Source of the DNA: a virus
DNA length: 64,000 nucleotides
Strand: one strand, 5' to 3'
Virus record (IMG/VR): IMGVR_UViG_3300046167_000873
Location: 64,001-128,000 of that record
A program made the translations under genes and the position numbers. Of this stretch, positions 41,648 to 50,801 are shown piece after piece. Under the pieces are notes generated by a model. That model had not been told where the DNA came from, did no database searches, and was given only the letters and a program-made list of their open reading frames with translations. The first letter of the stretch is position 1. Each line of letters starts with the position of its first letter.

Positions 41648-42175
41648 ATGCCATTGAACATCAATGAATTTAAAAGCTCGTTCAGTGAAAGTTTACCAAT
41701 AACACACTATGAAATGATCGTCAATCCACCTGGCAATGCCGGAGGTGGTCAAGAAATCAATCTTAGAACAGAAAGTATTATGTTGCCTGGTGTTTCTTTT
41801 TTCAGTGTTGATAATTATTCTGCGTACGGTAATGGTTTGATGTACAACATACCATACCGTTATAGCCCTCAAGAAATCTCAGTCGTCCATACTATAGACG
41901 AAGATGCTAATATGATTTCTATTTTTAGGGATTGGACGAATAAAATTATTGACTTAAATGGAGATGATAAGTTCGGCGCAAAGTATTTCAAAGATTATGT
42001 CGTTGAAGGGCAGATTATTGTCTTCAATAGACAGTTACAAAGTGCCACTAAAAAGATAAAGCTTTTTGATTTATACCCAATATCTGTAGAACCTATCAAT
42101 ATGAGTTGGGGACAAAATGATGATATAGCAAAATTAGCTGTATCGTATCGATTTACAAGATATGAAATGAATTAA
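41648..42175 (+). CDS. Tail tube-like / tube initiator protein (gp54/gp19 family)
   Basis: ESIMLPG, FRDWTNKI, YFKDYV, LYPISV..INMSW. Confidence 0.75.
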   Translation: MPLNINEFKSSFSESLPITHYEMIVNPPGNAGGGQEINLRTESIMLPGVSFFSVDNYSAYGNGLMYNIPYRYSPQEISVVHTIDEDANMISIFRDWTNKIIDLNGDDKFGAKYFKDYVVEGQIIVFNRQLQSATKKIKLFDLYPISVEPINMSWGQNDDIAKLAVSYRFTRYEMN

Positions 42176-42190
42176 TAATGGAGAAAAATT

Positions 42191-42898
42191 ATGTTACCTA
42201 AGATATCACAACCGTTATATGAAATTAATCAACCTTCGACCGGTGATATTCTTCAAGTTCGGCCGTTCCTTGTTAAAGAAGAAAAGATACTACTAGGAGC
42301 AAAAGAATCTGGTGATGGCAATGACATTTATATGGCGATTAAGCAGATCGTTAATAACTGTGTCACGAATGAAGGGTTTGACGTTAACGATATCCCAATT
42401 GTAGATATGAACTATATTTTTATTAAATTGAGAGCATTATCTGTAAGTCCAATTGTAAAGTTTAAAGTCCAAGATAGTACTGATAATATCGAGTATGAAC
42501 TTGAAATGGATTTAACTGAAGTAGAAATAAAGACTGACGAAGATCATAGCATGAAAATAGATATTGATGATCAGATTGGCATTATGATGAAGTATCCTAC
42601 TCCGTCACTTTCAGAAAAAGTAAAAGATATTGAAACAGAGGTTGAATTAACAACGGCAACAATTGAAGATTCGATAGATTATATTTGGGATGCTGATGAT
42701 GTTTATCCATGGAGAGATGTTGTTCAAAAAGAAAGAACAAAGTTTTTAGATGAATTACCTATTGAGATCTATAAGAAAATACAGTCTTTTTACAATACAG
42801 CTCCGAGGATTGAGCATGTTGTAACATATGAAAATAGTGAAGGTACGGAGAAGCGCGTTGTGTTTCGGGATTTGAACGATTTTTTTACGCTAGCCTGA
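42191..42898 (+). CDS. gp26: Baseplate hub assembly chaperone
   Basis: MLPKI..P.YE...PSTG..VRPFLVKEEKILL, YIFIKLRALSV, MKYP, LNDFF. Confidence 0.9.
   Translation: MLPKISQPLYEINQPSTGDILQVRPFLVKEEKILLGAKESGDGNDIYMAIKQIVNNCVTNEGFDVNDIPIVDMNYIFIKLRALSVSPIVKFKVQDSTDNIEYELEMDLTEVEIKTDEDHSMKIDIDDQIGIMMKYPTPSLSEKVKDIETEVELTTATIEDSIDYIWDADDVYPWRDVVQKERTKFLDELPIEIYKKIQSFYNTAPRIEHVVTYENSEGTEKRVVFRDLNDFFTLA
42880..42886 (+). promoter_or_regulatory. Candidate -1 slippery heptamer T TTT TTT
   Basis: GAT TTT TTT ACG CTA GCC TGA; the -1 frame is open and in frame with ORF 42910-43098. Confidence 0.6.
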
Positions 42899-43098
42899 GT
42901 TATATCAATTTGTATAACCATTACAAAATATTATTTGACATAACTCAGTATCACAAATTATCGATGACGGATATCAATGAAATGATTCCATACGAAAGAG
43001 AAATCTACGTCGATATGATCGTTGAAAAAATGAACACAGAAAAACAAGAACAGCTTGGTGGTGGTGGAGCAGGAGTTCCAATCGAAACCATGCTATAG
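42886..43098 (+). CDS. gp51-like hub assembly ORF; probably the C-terminal extension of gp26 by frameshift
   Basis: QYHKLSMTDINEMIPYEREIYV motif; the annotated start is a TTG with no clear SD. Confidence 0.7.
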   Translation, partial: YASLSYINLYNHYKILFDITQYHKLSMTDINEMIPYEREIYVDMIVEKMNTEKQEQLGGGGAGVPIETML

Positions 43099-43107
43099 GA
43101 AAAAAAC

Positions 43108-45615
43108 ATGTCAGCAGCGTCAGTAGCAAAGATCTATAAAAGATTAGAGAAATTAAAAACAACATCAAGAGGCGTTGGCAAAGCTGGCGGTGATGTCCAT
43201 AAAGCTGCCAGTGGTTCAGTCAGATCTATTACCAATATTATTAAAGGTGGTACATTAGGTGCTGTAGGTACCAGTTTATTGACTGGTCCAGATGTTCAAC
43301 AACAAACTAACTTTGCTGCACCTTTTTCTGTTGACTATACTAATCAAGCATCGAGGGTCATTGAAGACCCGATTATTGATGTACCGAATATAGTAGCTGC
43401 AGTTGAATCTGAAGAAATAGATCAAACTCTACCAGAAGCACCAGAAAAAATTGATTTAACAACAACCGAAGAAATACCAGTTGTAGCTGAGGTTGATCCT
43501 AAAATTGTTGTTGAGAATTATTTTAATAATGAATTAAAACCAATTCCTATTGAAGCGTCGCTACCAGCAAGCGTTTCATTTTCTGCAGAATCGCCTGAAT
43601 TCCAAGCACTTCAAACTGATGTCCAAAAACTGAATGGTTTATTGAATACAATCGGTGTTCGAATGAATACCGTTGAAGAAGCAATTGAATCTGCTGTACT
43701 TCAAAACCAAAAAACACTTAGAGATAATGAAAGGCGCAGAGACGAATCAGATGTAGAAGAAAGACCACAACCACAACAGCAGCAAAAACAACCTGGCGCA
43801 CTAAGTAAAGCTGGTGATTTTATTGGTGCTGCACTTGGAGCACAACTCGCAAGATATACTCTACCCGCTATTGCATTACTTGGCGCTTCACTTGCTAGTT
43901 CTGCTGAATCTGCGTTTGAAGATGATAGTGAAGAAGCACTTGTCGAAGAGATGGATACAATTGATTCGATGCACGAGAACTATGTAAAAGCAACTGTTGG
44001 TGTTATGGCTGCAAAGTCGACAGGCGCACTTAAAACAATTGCTGTAGGTTCTGCAATAGGAATAAGTCAGCTCAATGAAAAAGTTCCAAATGTAAAGACT
44101 GCTGTAAGCGCTCCTATGAAAAGAGCTACCCAAGCAATTGTAACAAAATCAGCACCTGTAACCACAGCAGTTAATTCGGCTTTAAAGTCTATTAAAGATA
44201 TTCGGCCTAATCCAGTCATGACTAAAGTTGTAGCTGGTTTAAAAGCATTATCTCAATTTATTACTTCTTTTGCTAAGAGTGTCGCAACTCCTTTATTGTC
44301 TAGTGCTTCTCGCTTATTAACACCCGTTGCTGATGTTGCAGGAAAGGTCTTAAAAAGCGTGCTTGCAAAACCAGTTAATTGGTATGTAGGTATAGAGGCA
44401 TTATTTTTGGCAATATCAATGGGTGATGCATACCTAATAAACCCATCGCCAGAAGCAGAAAAAGCATTTCACAAAGAGACCAAAACAGCAATCAATAAGC
44501 TCATTGATATCATGGGTGGTACATATATTGCTACGATGATTGGTGTTGCAATTGGTGGATCACTCGGCACTTTAGTATTACCAGTATTTGGTACTGTAGC
44601 AGGAACAATAATTGGTGCAATATTTGGCATAATGCTTGGTGAGACTGTTTTTCAAATACTGCCGATCGATTCCATTGTCAATGCTACATACGATTATTTT
44701 ATAAGGGGTGATAAAACAGCGTTTAATTCCCTTGGCAATAAAATGCTAAATCATGTTAAAAAAGAGCTTGCTGGATATGCGGACAGTTTGATTGAGACCG
44801 TCGATATAGTAACAGGTGGTGGTATTGAATTAGCCACGACTGAAGATATCTTATCTGAGTATGGTGATTTGACTCCAGTAAAATTACTCGACCAGGCTAT
44901 GTCTGGTGTTGGTACTGATGAGAATGCAATTGCATACGCGTTTAAAGATATAAAGACTGAAGCACAAAGAGTTGCTATAAATGAAGCATACAAAGCTGAG
45001 ACTGGATTAGATCTAGATGTACAGCTAAAAAGTGAATTAAGCTCGTCTGAATATACAAAACTTGAACAGCAAATTAGCAAACAATTACAGAGACCAGTTC
45101 GAAGTGTACAAATCAACAATATAGAAACGGATATTGTAGAATCGAATATTGTACCGGCAGAGGTTGCACCAAACCAACAATCGCTTGTTCAACCAGTACG
45201 CACTGATGCTACTGTAACATCATTAACAAAACCTAATATAACCACAAGTGGAAACATATTAGAAGTTATGACAGCGCCTCAGGGAGTTGTGGTGCCGCCT
45301 GCACAAGAAACAGAACAGATTATTTCAAACATCTTAAATGAATCTACGGTGGTACAAGAAAAAATTGTTGATAATATGAACGTAACCAATATTAACACAG
45401 CAACGATAAGAAGCATACCAGATATTAGAATGGCTACTGTTGAACAAAAAGCTGGAGAAGGTGCTATTATTCCTATTATAGTTCAACCAAAAATAAGTCA
45501 ACAACAATTTCAAAATCCGCTAGGATCAACATCTGGTCAATCGCAAATTGATACAGCAAGATCTGGATATAGAACAAGCGATGAATTCTTATCAAACTCA
45601 TCGCTTCAGACTTAG
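43108..45615 (+). CDS. Tape-measure/baseplate-hub-like protein with glycine-zipper TM segment and annexin-like repeat
   Basis: Follows gp26/gp51. Long helical, Ala-rich. Contains GVAIGGSLGTLVLPVFGTVAGTIIGAIFG and AMSGVGTDE...QR..I..AY....G.DL...LKSELS. Confidence 0.65.
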   Translation: MSAASVAKIYKRLEKLKTTSRGVGKAGGDVHKAASGSVRSITNIIKGGTLGAVGTSLLTGPDVQQQTNFAAPFSVDYTNQASRVIEDPIIDVPNIVAAVESEEIDQTLPEAPEKIDLTTTEEIPVVAEVDPKIVVENYFNNELKPIPIEASLPASVSFSAESPEFQALQTDVQKLNGLLNTIGVRMNTVEEAIESAVLQNQKTLRDNERRRDESDVEERPQPQQQQKQPGALSKAGDFIGAALGAQLARYTLPAIALLGASLASSAESAFEDDSEEALVEEMDTIDSMHENYVKATVGVMAAKSTGALKTIAVGSAIGISQLNEKVPNVKTAVSAPMKRATQAIVTKSAPVTTAVNSALKSIKDIRPNPVMTKVVAGLKALSQFITSFAKSVATPLLSSASRLLTPVADVAGKVLKSVLAKPVNWYVGIEALFLAISMGDAYLINPSPEAEKAFHKETKTAINKLIDIMGGTYIATMIGVAIGGSLGTLVLPVFGTVAGTIIGAIFGIMLGETVFQILPIDSIVNATYDYFIRGDKTAFNSLGNKMLNHVKKELAGYADSLIETVDIVTGGGIELATTEDILSEYGDLTPVKLLDQAMSGVGTDENAIAYAFKDIKTEAQRVAINEAYKAETGLDLDVQLKSELSSSEYTKLEQQISKQLQRPVRSVQINNIETDIVESNIVPAEVAPNQQSLVQPVRTDATVTSLTKPNITTSGNILEVMTAPQGVVVPPAQETEQIISNILNESTVVQEKIVDNMNVTNINTATIRSIPDIRMATVEQKAGEGAIIPIIVQPKISQQQFQNPLGSTSGQSQIDTARSGYRTSDEFLSNSSLQT

Positions 45616-45827
45616 GACTTTAGGACTCTTGCAATTTCTTCTTGAGTAAACTCACCCCATGTCTGATCGCCTGATGCTGCACGCTTCCATAAAGACTTAA
45701 GCTCTTGTAGCGTCCATGATTCTTTACCGGTACCTTGAAGTATATCATCAAGAAGGCGGACGCAATAGGCCTCAGTGTAAACTGCTGAACGCGCTAGTCG
45801 CTGCCAGTTCATTTTTTGGACATCCAT
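45612..45827 (-). CDS. Hypothetical protein
   Basis: ORF with SD AGGAG. Confidence 0.6.
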   Translation of the reverse strand: MDVQKMNWQRLARSAVYTEAYCVRLLDDILQGTGKESWTLQELKSLWKRAASGDQTWGEFTQEEIARVLKS

Positions 45828-45850
45828 ATTTTTCTCCTATTGACAGACTT

Positions 45851-45875
45851 AAAAAGCCCCTTAAATAAAAGGGGC
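45851..45875 (-). terminator. Rho-independent terminator
   Basis: GCCCCTT-loop-AAGGGGC followed by TTTTT on the minus strand. Confidence 0.7.
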
Positions 45876-46076
45876 GAGAGATGAAAGCTTAGGCTTTTTT
45901 AATTGCTTTAAGAATTCTCCAAGATCAGACCATCCTTGTTGCTTATGAATAGCGGTTAACCATTCGTGCATCGCCTCGTTTTCCTTTTTAAGATTTTCCA
46001 TCTTTGCGTTGTACTCAATCTCTACTGCTGAACGCACCATTCGACGTGCTTCTTTAATTTCTTTTTCAATATTCAT
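45861..46076 (-). CDS. Hypothetical protein
   Basis: Coupled ORF (TAATG overlap). Confidence 0.55.
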   Translation of the reverse strand: MNIEKEIKEARRMVRSAVEIEYNAKMENLKKENEAMHEWLTAIHKQQGWSDLGEFLKQLKKPKLSSLAPFI

Positions 46077-46300
46077 TATGACACCTCAGAAAAAGCTTGA
46101 ATTTCACGATACTCACCACCAACAGGCCAAACATAAAACTTCATATTAATACTATGGCTATTCAATATGCCAACTTCAGGATTAGCTTGAAGCCATTCTT
46201 GTACATCTTCAAGCCACTTAACGTTAGCAGCATATTCTAGATCTTGCTTGATCTCTTTAGGTGTAAGCCGTTTTTGATCGCGGGCTTCAGACCACAACAT
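46076..46300 (-). CDS. Hypothetical protein
   Basis: Coupled ORF with SD GGAGG. Confidence 0.6.
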   Translation of the reverse strand: MLWSEARDQKRLTPKEIKQDLEYAANVKWLEDVQEWLQANPEVGILNSHSINMKFYVWPVGGEYREIQAFSEVS

Positions 46301-46656
46301 TACGCTGCCTCCTTAACTTCAGTGAATCCAAAAGGATCTACCATGTAAGACGTATTTGTAGTTTCGTCTACAATGATATCACCGACAGAGATTGAATGCA
46401 TTTTATGCAACACATTCATTGAACCTTTGCACACATTTCCAATATGAAATACCTCATCAAGATCGTTGGCTTCAACAGTAGCAACACGCTTAAACAGTGG
46501 CATCATGTCAGCAGTAAACTTTTCTGAACCGAAACATTTGACATCTCGTTGGATGCGAATCTCAAGATCAAAGCTTCCATGATCACCACCCCAACCGACA
46601 TTGTTGAGTACGTCTATAGCTTCTTTTGAAATTTTGTTCTGCCAAATTGAATACAT
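46300..46656 (-). CDS. YodL-like domain protein
   Basis: LDEVFHIGN...MHSISVGDIIV...YMVDPFGF; true start is the ATG at 46656 after the cassette leader. Confidence 0.65.
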   Translation of the reverse strand: MYSIWQNKISKEAIDVLNNVGWGGDHGSFDLEIRIQRDVKCFGSEKFTADMMPLFKRVATVEANDLDEVFHIGNVCKGSMNVLHKMHSISVGDIIVDETTNTSYMVDPFGFTEVKEAA

Positions 46657-46697
46657 AATCTTCTCTCTTTTTAAGTGGTTGCTCAATTGATGAAACC

Positions 46698-46726
46698 ATT
46701 ATAGTACAGTTCTTTTGAAAAGTAAA
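46698..46726 (-). promoter_or_regulatory. Early promoter cassette 1 (TTTACT-N17-TATAAT)
   Basis: T4-early-like GTTTAC -35, 17-bp spacer, A-rich UP tract, shared leader. Confidence 0.85.
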
Positions 46727-46740
46727 CACTTTTTTTTAAA

Positions 46741-46766
46741 AAAAAGAGAGCTTTTGCTCTCTTTTT
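46741..46766. terminator. Terminator downstream of gp32 (symmetrical)
   Basis: AAAAAGAGAGC-TTTT-GCTCTCTTTTT perfect hairpin. Confidence 0.85.
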
Positions 46767-46781
46767 CTTGGTTCTTCTTGG

Positions 46782-47771
46782 TTAGAATGGAATGTTATCT
46801 CCTTCCGAAGAAGTTTTATCTTCCCAATTCTTAAAGAAGTCTAGGTCATCATCATCGTCAGAGGCTTGCGGCGCTTCAGGTGCAGGCGCTTTAAAGTCTT
46901 CAGTTGGTGGTGTCCATGCAGCTTCAGTAGCAGGTTCAGGTGTAGGTGTAGCAACAGGTGCTTCCCAATCTGAATCTTGATTTGCTGGTGTTGGGCTTTT
47001 AAGATCTAAAACCCAGTCAAGCTTATCTTTAAGATCATCGTACGACTTAAAGTTGCTTTCAGCATTAATCTCTTCAAGAGAATATTGCTTCTTCCAGATG
47101 TTCTCAAGAACCTGATCGTCGTTATGAAGAGCTGAAGATGAATCGAAGTAAGACTTATCGTATGTCATAAAGTTATTTGAACCTTTATAGATACGCAACC
47201 TAAAGTTAGCACCTTCCCAAAAATCAAATGGGTTAATTGCTTCGTCTTCTTCAAACTCTGGATGCATCTTATCATTGATCATACTAAAGATACTAGGACC
47301 ATACTCAAACAGAAAAACACGGCCTTCATTTTCTTTGTTTGCAGGATCTTTGATAACAAGAATATTAGAAACATATTTGTTGCTGCGCTTTTGACGACGA
47401 GCTTGATTACGAGCAGGTCCGTCGTTATCATCGCTGCTGTCCCATAAAGCTTTATTCATTTCAGATACTGGATCGGGTTGGTTAATGGTTGCTCGCGAGC
47501 GTTCAATATACCAACGCTTTTGGCCACCCACTATATTATTGAAACTGTGAGTCCAGTACTTTGTGAAAGGTACATCTTCGTTTTCTGGTGCTGGCAAAAA
47601 TCGAATAATGGCAGAACCGTTATCTGATTCATCACGCTTAAGTTTCCAATAGCGTGGGTCAGGTTCATATTCTTTCTTTGCTGGTCGAGAATTACCAGAT
47701 GCTATATTGGCTTTATCTGCAAGTGCACCGAATTGGCTCTTGCGGTTGGCTTTTAATTGACTAAAGTCCAT
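46782..47771 (-). CDS. gp32: Single-stranded DNA binding protein
   Basis: DPRYWK, GSAIIRFLPAP, NILVIKDPANKENEGRVFLF, FDFWEGANF, acidic tail. Confidence 0.96.
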   Translation of the reverse strand: MDFSQLKANRKSQFGALADKANIASGNSRPAKKEYEPDPRYWKLKRDESDNGSAIIRFLPAPENEDVPFTKYWTHSFNNIVGGQKRWYIERSRATINQPDPVSEMNKALWDSSDDNDGPARNQARRQKRSNKYVSNILVIKDPANKENEGRVFLFEYGPSIFSMINDKMHPEFEEDEAINPFDFWEGANFRLRIYKGSNNFMTYDKSYFDSSSALHNDDQVLENIWKKQYSLEEINAESNFKSYDDLKDKLDWVLDLKSPTPANQDSDWEAPVATPTPEPATEAAWTPPTEDFKAPAPEAPQASDDDDDLDFFKNWEDKTSSEGDNIPF

Positions 47772-47811
47772 ATGTATATCCTTTTTAACTATTTTGAAAT
47801 ATTTTTTTAAA

Positions 47812-47842
47812 TGTTTTTAAAGGCCGACAAACAGCGTCGGCC
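47812..47842 (-). promoter_or_regulatory. gene-32 leader hairpin/pseudoknot
   Basis: mRNA GGCCGAC-GCUGUUU-GUCGGCC-UUUAA-AAACA; loop UGUUU can pair with AAACA. Confidence 0.65.
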
Positions 47843-47845
47843 ATA

Positions 47846-47853
47846 TATTTATA
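47846..47853 (-). promoter_or_regulatory. Late promoter TATAAATA upstream of gp32
   Basis: Exact intergenic motif. Confidence 0.75.
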
Positions 47854-47857
47854 CCAC

Positions 47858-48058
47858 TTAGGAGTTAGCGAGGCTATAGAAGCTTCGTGTTTCACCTTTA
47901 GAGTTAGTTCGCTGAGTAGTTACAATATTATTACCTGCGGAGCGCAAGTGTGTAATTACTGCAGTTGGGTTGGCAACACGAAATCGTGCAGCAATTTGCT
48001 TTGCAGTCATTGAAGCACCTGATTGCATAGCTGAAAGAACTCGTTGACCTTGTGACAT
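47858..48058 (-). CDS. Small winged-HTH DNA-binding protein
   Basis: MTAKQIAARFRVANPTAVITHLRSAG HTH pattern; SD GGAG. Confidence 0.7.
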   Translation of the reverse strand: MSQGQRVLSAMQSGASMTAKQIAARFRVANPTAVITHLRSAGNNIVTTQRTNSKGETRSFYSLANS

Positions 48059-48121
48059 AATGTTTCTCCAAATTTAAGTTTAGGTTTTGATTATTTTAAA
48101 TGGATAATCAACCATTGTTGC

Positions 48122-48150
48122 ATCCTACACATGTGTGTAGAATTTGTACA
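48122..48150 (-). promoter_or_regulatory. Promoter, TGTACA-N17-TAGGAT variant
   Basis: Same spacing as the other cassettes; intergenic. Confidence 0.55.
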
Positions 48151-48158
48151 ATACTATT

Positions 48159-48752
48159 TTAAAAAAGTTGCTTTAAGATAGTGTTGTACTCTTCTTTGTC
48201 GTACCGTGAATTTAAGAACTCACCATACTTCAAAAGACTTTTCTTTATCTTTGGCCAGATGATTTCATCTGCGATAGTCTTATCCCAATAATTAAAAATA
48301 TTGAGAGTACCATTCAGTATACACAACGTTTCAGCAGATACTTTCTTCTGTTGGAACATTTTAAATATCTTAGGGTATTCTCCTTGTCTAACCACGAGAG
48401 CATCATCTAATGAATCACACTGCTTAACCTCATTGCAAAAATGGTACTTAAGACCCATTAGATTCTTCTTAGTATGTTTCCACGCTGTCTGTGTTGGGGC
48501 ATCACAGAGATTGCCAATCCATACGTCTGGATTATCACGTAAAACACTTGCAAGAAATATTTCAAAGTCATCAACATTACCTTTAAACTTCATGGCAAGT
48601 TTATGAAACTGATAACGATCCTTACGTGTTTCGAAACTTGATGCTGTTAACTTGACTTTACCACCATATCGAAAATAGCTATAGCTATCATTTTTAAAAT
48701 GTATTTTGACAGCCATGTATTTCTTGTAAGCTTCAAATGCATCCATTATCAA
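48159..48752 (-). CDS. gp59: Helicase loader
   Basis: AYKKYMAVKIHF...YSYFRYGGK...SFETRKDRYQF.KL, ETLCIL. Confidence 0.9.
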   Translation of the reverse strand: MIMDAFEAYKKYMAVKIHFKNDSYSYFRYGGKVKLTASSFETRKDRYQFHKLAMKFKGNVDDFEIFLASVLRDNPDVWIGNLCDAPTQTAWKHTKKNLMGLKYHFCNEVKQCDSLDDALVVRQGEYPKIFKMFQQKKVSAETLCILNGTLNIFNYWDKTIADEIIWPKIKKSLLKYGEFLNSRYDKEEYNTILKQLF

Positions 48753-48994
48753 ATCGGTAACCTCGGCATTTTATTCAAGTAATTTAAATCTTCTGCTTCT
48801 TGTTGAAGCTTTGCTTTTAGTACAACATTCTTCTTAATGTATTTCGCTATTGACTCAATTTCAACATCATTTTTCTCGCAGTAAACAATAATTGCAGACA
48901 TATAGTCGCCATTATTAGATTTTGCAATATCATCTATTTCACTAAAGATTCGTTGCAACAGTATTGCTTCCGAATCATCTATTAATTCTGGCAC
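48749..48994 (-). CDS. gp33: Late transcription coactivator
   Basis: YMSAIIVYCEKNDVEIE...LKAKLQQEAEDLNYL...RLPI. Confidence 0.9.
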   Translation of the reverse strand: MPELIDDSEAILLQRIFSEIDDIAKSNNGDYMSAIIVYCEKNDVEIESIAKYIKKNVVLKAKLQQEAEDLNYLNKMPRLPI

Positions 48995-48996
48995 AA

Positions 48997-49302
48997 TCAG
49001 ACGCCGAAAAAGTCAGCCGGTACAACTTGACCAACCAAAAGATTTTTTAGTGTTGGCTTTGTCTGCCGTGAGAGCCACCGTTCTTCAAGATTAGCATCGG
49101 CTTTTACCGCAAGTATTACAAGCTGATTCTTAGTGTATACACTCAAATCTTCTTGGGTAATAACAATAGTACTTGATTCTTGTGGTTCATCACCTTCTAC
49201 AACTCCGCTGCTGTTATCTCGAGCCATGACGAACAAGATGGCCAGTATAGCCAGTCCGACGACGAGTAGTACTAATTCTAAAGTTTGTTCAGCAAGATCC
49301 AT
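48997..49302 (-). CDS. Membrane-anchored hypothetical protein
   Basis: N-terminal hydrophobic helix; SD GGAG. Confidence 0.6.
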   Translation of the reverse strand: MDLAEQTLELVLLVVGLAILAILFVMARDNSSGVVEGDEPQESSTIVITQEDLSVYTKNQLVILAVKADANLEERWLSRQTKPTLKNLLVGQVVPADFFGV

Positions 49303-49416
49303 ATGGTTTTCTCCGTTGTGTGTTGTGTATTAAAGAGTCAATAAAATGCCAATGATAATCCAAAGCGTAATGCGTAGTTCCATATCCATGATTTTGTCCT
49401 CCCTATCGTTGATGTT

Positions 49417-49453
49417 AAAAAAAGGCGGCTTTCGTCAAAGACTAATCACCGCC
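49417..49453 (-). terminator. Probable terminator after the DUF932 gene
   Basis: GGCGG...CCGCC stem followed by a T-run on the minus strand. Confidence 0.55.
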
Positions 49454-49459
49454 AAAGGG

Positions 49460-50461
49460 TTACGCCGCTTCGGCGTACTCGCAAGCCAGACCAAGGGCTT
49501 CGATATTTGTGTTCTTGTTGGCACCATACCATGTTGACTGCAGACGTGTATCTGCGCTGTTGCCTAATGTGTGGTTAGTCATATAAGTTACAGCGTTATA
49601 TGCTGCCCACCATGATCCACGACCAAGATCTGCACCAGGTTGTGTATCAATTACTTCAAGAGCATTAACTGCATTTCGTGAAAGCACGTTTTCACCTTTA
49701 CGAATTTTGTTCATCATCTCTTCAAACGAAACAACATCGTTTTTTGTTGTCTTAGGAAAGACTCGAGCGAAGTACTCAGTCAGCTTCTCTTGAGAGAATC
49801 GCTTAGAACTTAAGAACTCAGATGCTTCTCGATATGTTTCCATGTGCTTTGAAGCAGCATCGAGTGCAGCCTTTACTTTCTCAACATCAAACTCTTGACG
49901 GTGATTCACTGAGATACCGAGTTCAGCTTTACCACTAAGAGCGAGTGAGAGAGTATTGTTGCACACAACACGAGTTGGTGTAAACCGTACATCAACACCA
50001 CGACCATAATTATGTGGATTAGAAAGCAGCATATAGGATTCTACTTCGTCTTTACCACCGAACAGTGAAAAGGTTTCATTGACTTTTGCCAAGCCCCAAA
50101 TGATTTTGCCTTCTTTCAAAGAACCAGCAGTGTGCATAGTCATACCACCTGCTTTTACATAATCATCGAAGAAGTTAAACGCGTCTTCGTTTTGTACTGG
50201 AATCCACTGATCACCAACAACATCAAGTACTTTGTTATCAGAAGAACGCACTAACGCTTTCTTGCCAGGTACCGTAATTGTTTCATCACCGACATTAGTT
50301 TGCAGTGGGAATCGCTCAACTGACCAATCAAGACCGGCAGCTTCCATGATTTCTTGAGGTGTTAGATTATCACCAACCCTTACACCAAGACCGTGCCAAG
50401 GAAGATCACCTGCGTAGGCCATCTGAGCTTGACCGTTAATAATTTCCAATTCGTGACTCAT
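49460..50461 (-). CDS. DUF932 family protein (TIGR03299-like)
   Basis: PWHGLG, AGLDWSV, VQNEDAF.FF, TAGSL, TPTRVVCNNTL, WWAAYNAVT. Confidence 0.9.
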   Translation of the reverse strand: MSHELEIINGQAQMAYAGDLPWHGLGVRVGDNLTPQEIMEAAGLDWSVERFPLQTNVGDETITVPGKKALVRSSDNKVLDVVGDQWIPVQNEDAFNFFDDYVKAGGMTMHTAGSLKEGKIIWGLAKVNETFSLFGGKDEVESYMLLSNPHNYGRGVDVRFTPTRVVCNNTLSLALSGKAELGISVNHRQEFDVEKVKAALDAASKHMETYREASEFLSSKRFSQEKLTEYFARVFPKTTKNDVVSFEEMMNKIRKGENVLSRNAVNALEVIDTQPGADLGRGSWWAAYNAVTYMTNHTLGNSADTRLQSTWYGANKNTNIEALGLACEYAEAA

Positions 50462-50526
50462 AATATTACCCTTTATTAATTTAAGTTTTAACGCTTTTTA
50501 ACTTCATGTTCTCACATGATGAAGAC

Positions 50527-50555
50527 ATTCTATATAGACTAACTTACCTTGTACA
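50527..50555 (-). promoter_or_regulatory. Early promoter cassette 2 (TGTACA-N17-TAGAAT)
   Basis: 17-bp spacer, A-tract upstream, shared CATCA...TGAAGTTAA leader. Confidence 0.75.
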
Positions 50556-50582
50556 CATTTTTTTTAACAAATATCTTCTCCT

Positions 50583-50801
50583 TCATTCTTCCGAAAATGT
50601 TACGTTAGGTGGTACTTGCTTACCTATGGCAGTCCAGTAATCTCGACACCATATTCGTGTCTTGAGTATCTGTAGTCGGGTCATCTCTTTGATGACAGGG
50701 TCTAGTTCATTCTGAAACAAGCGGTCTAACTCTTTAGTAATCGCATTCTCAAATATGTGGTATGGATGACGTCCATTACTGAACCCTAGTATCTCACTCA
50801 T
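50583..50801 (-). CDS. Hypothetical protein
   Basis: Coupled ORF (ATGA overlap). Confidence 0.55.
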   Translation of the reverse strand: MSEILGFSNGRHPYHIFENAITKELDRLFQNELDPVIKEMTRLQILKTRIWCRDYWTAIGKQVPPNVTFSEE

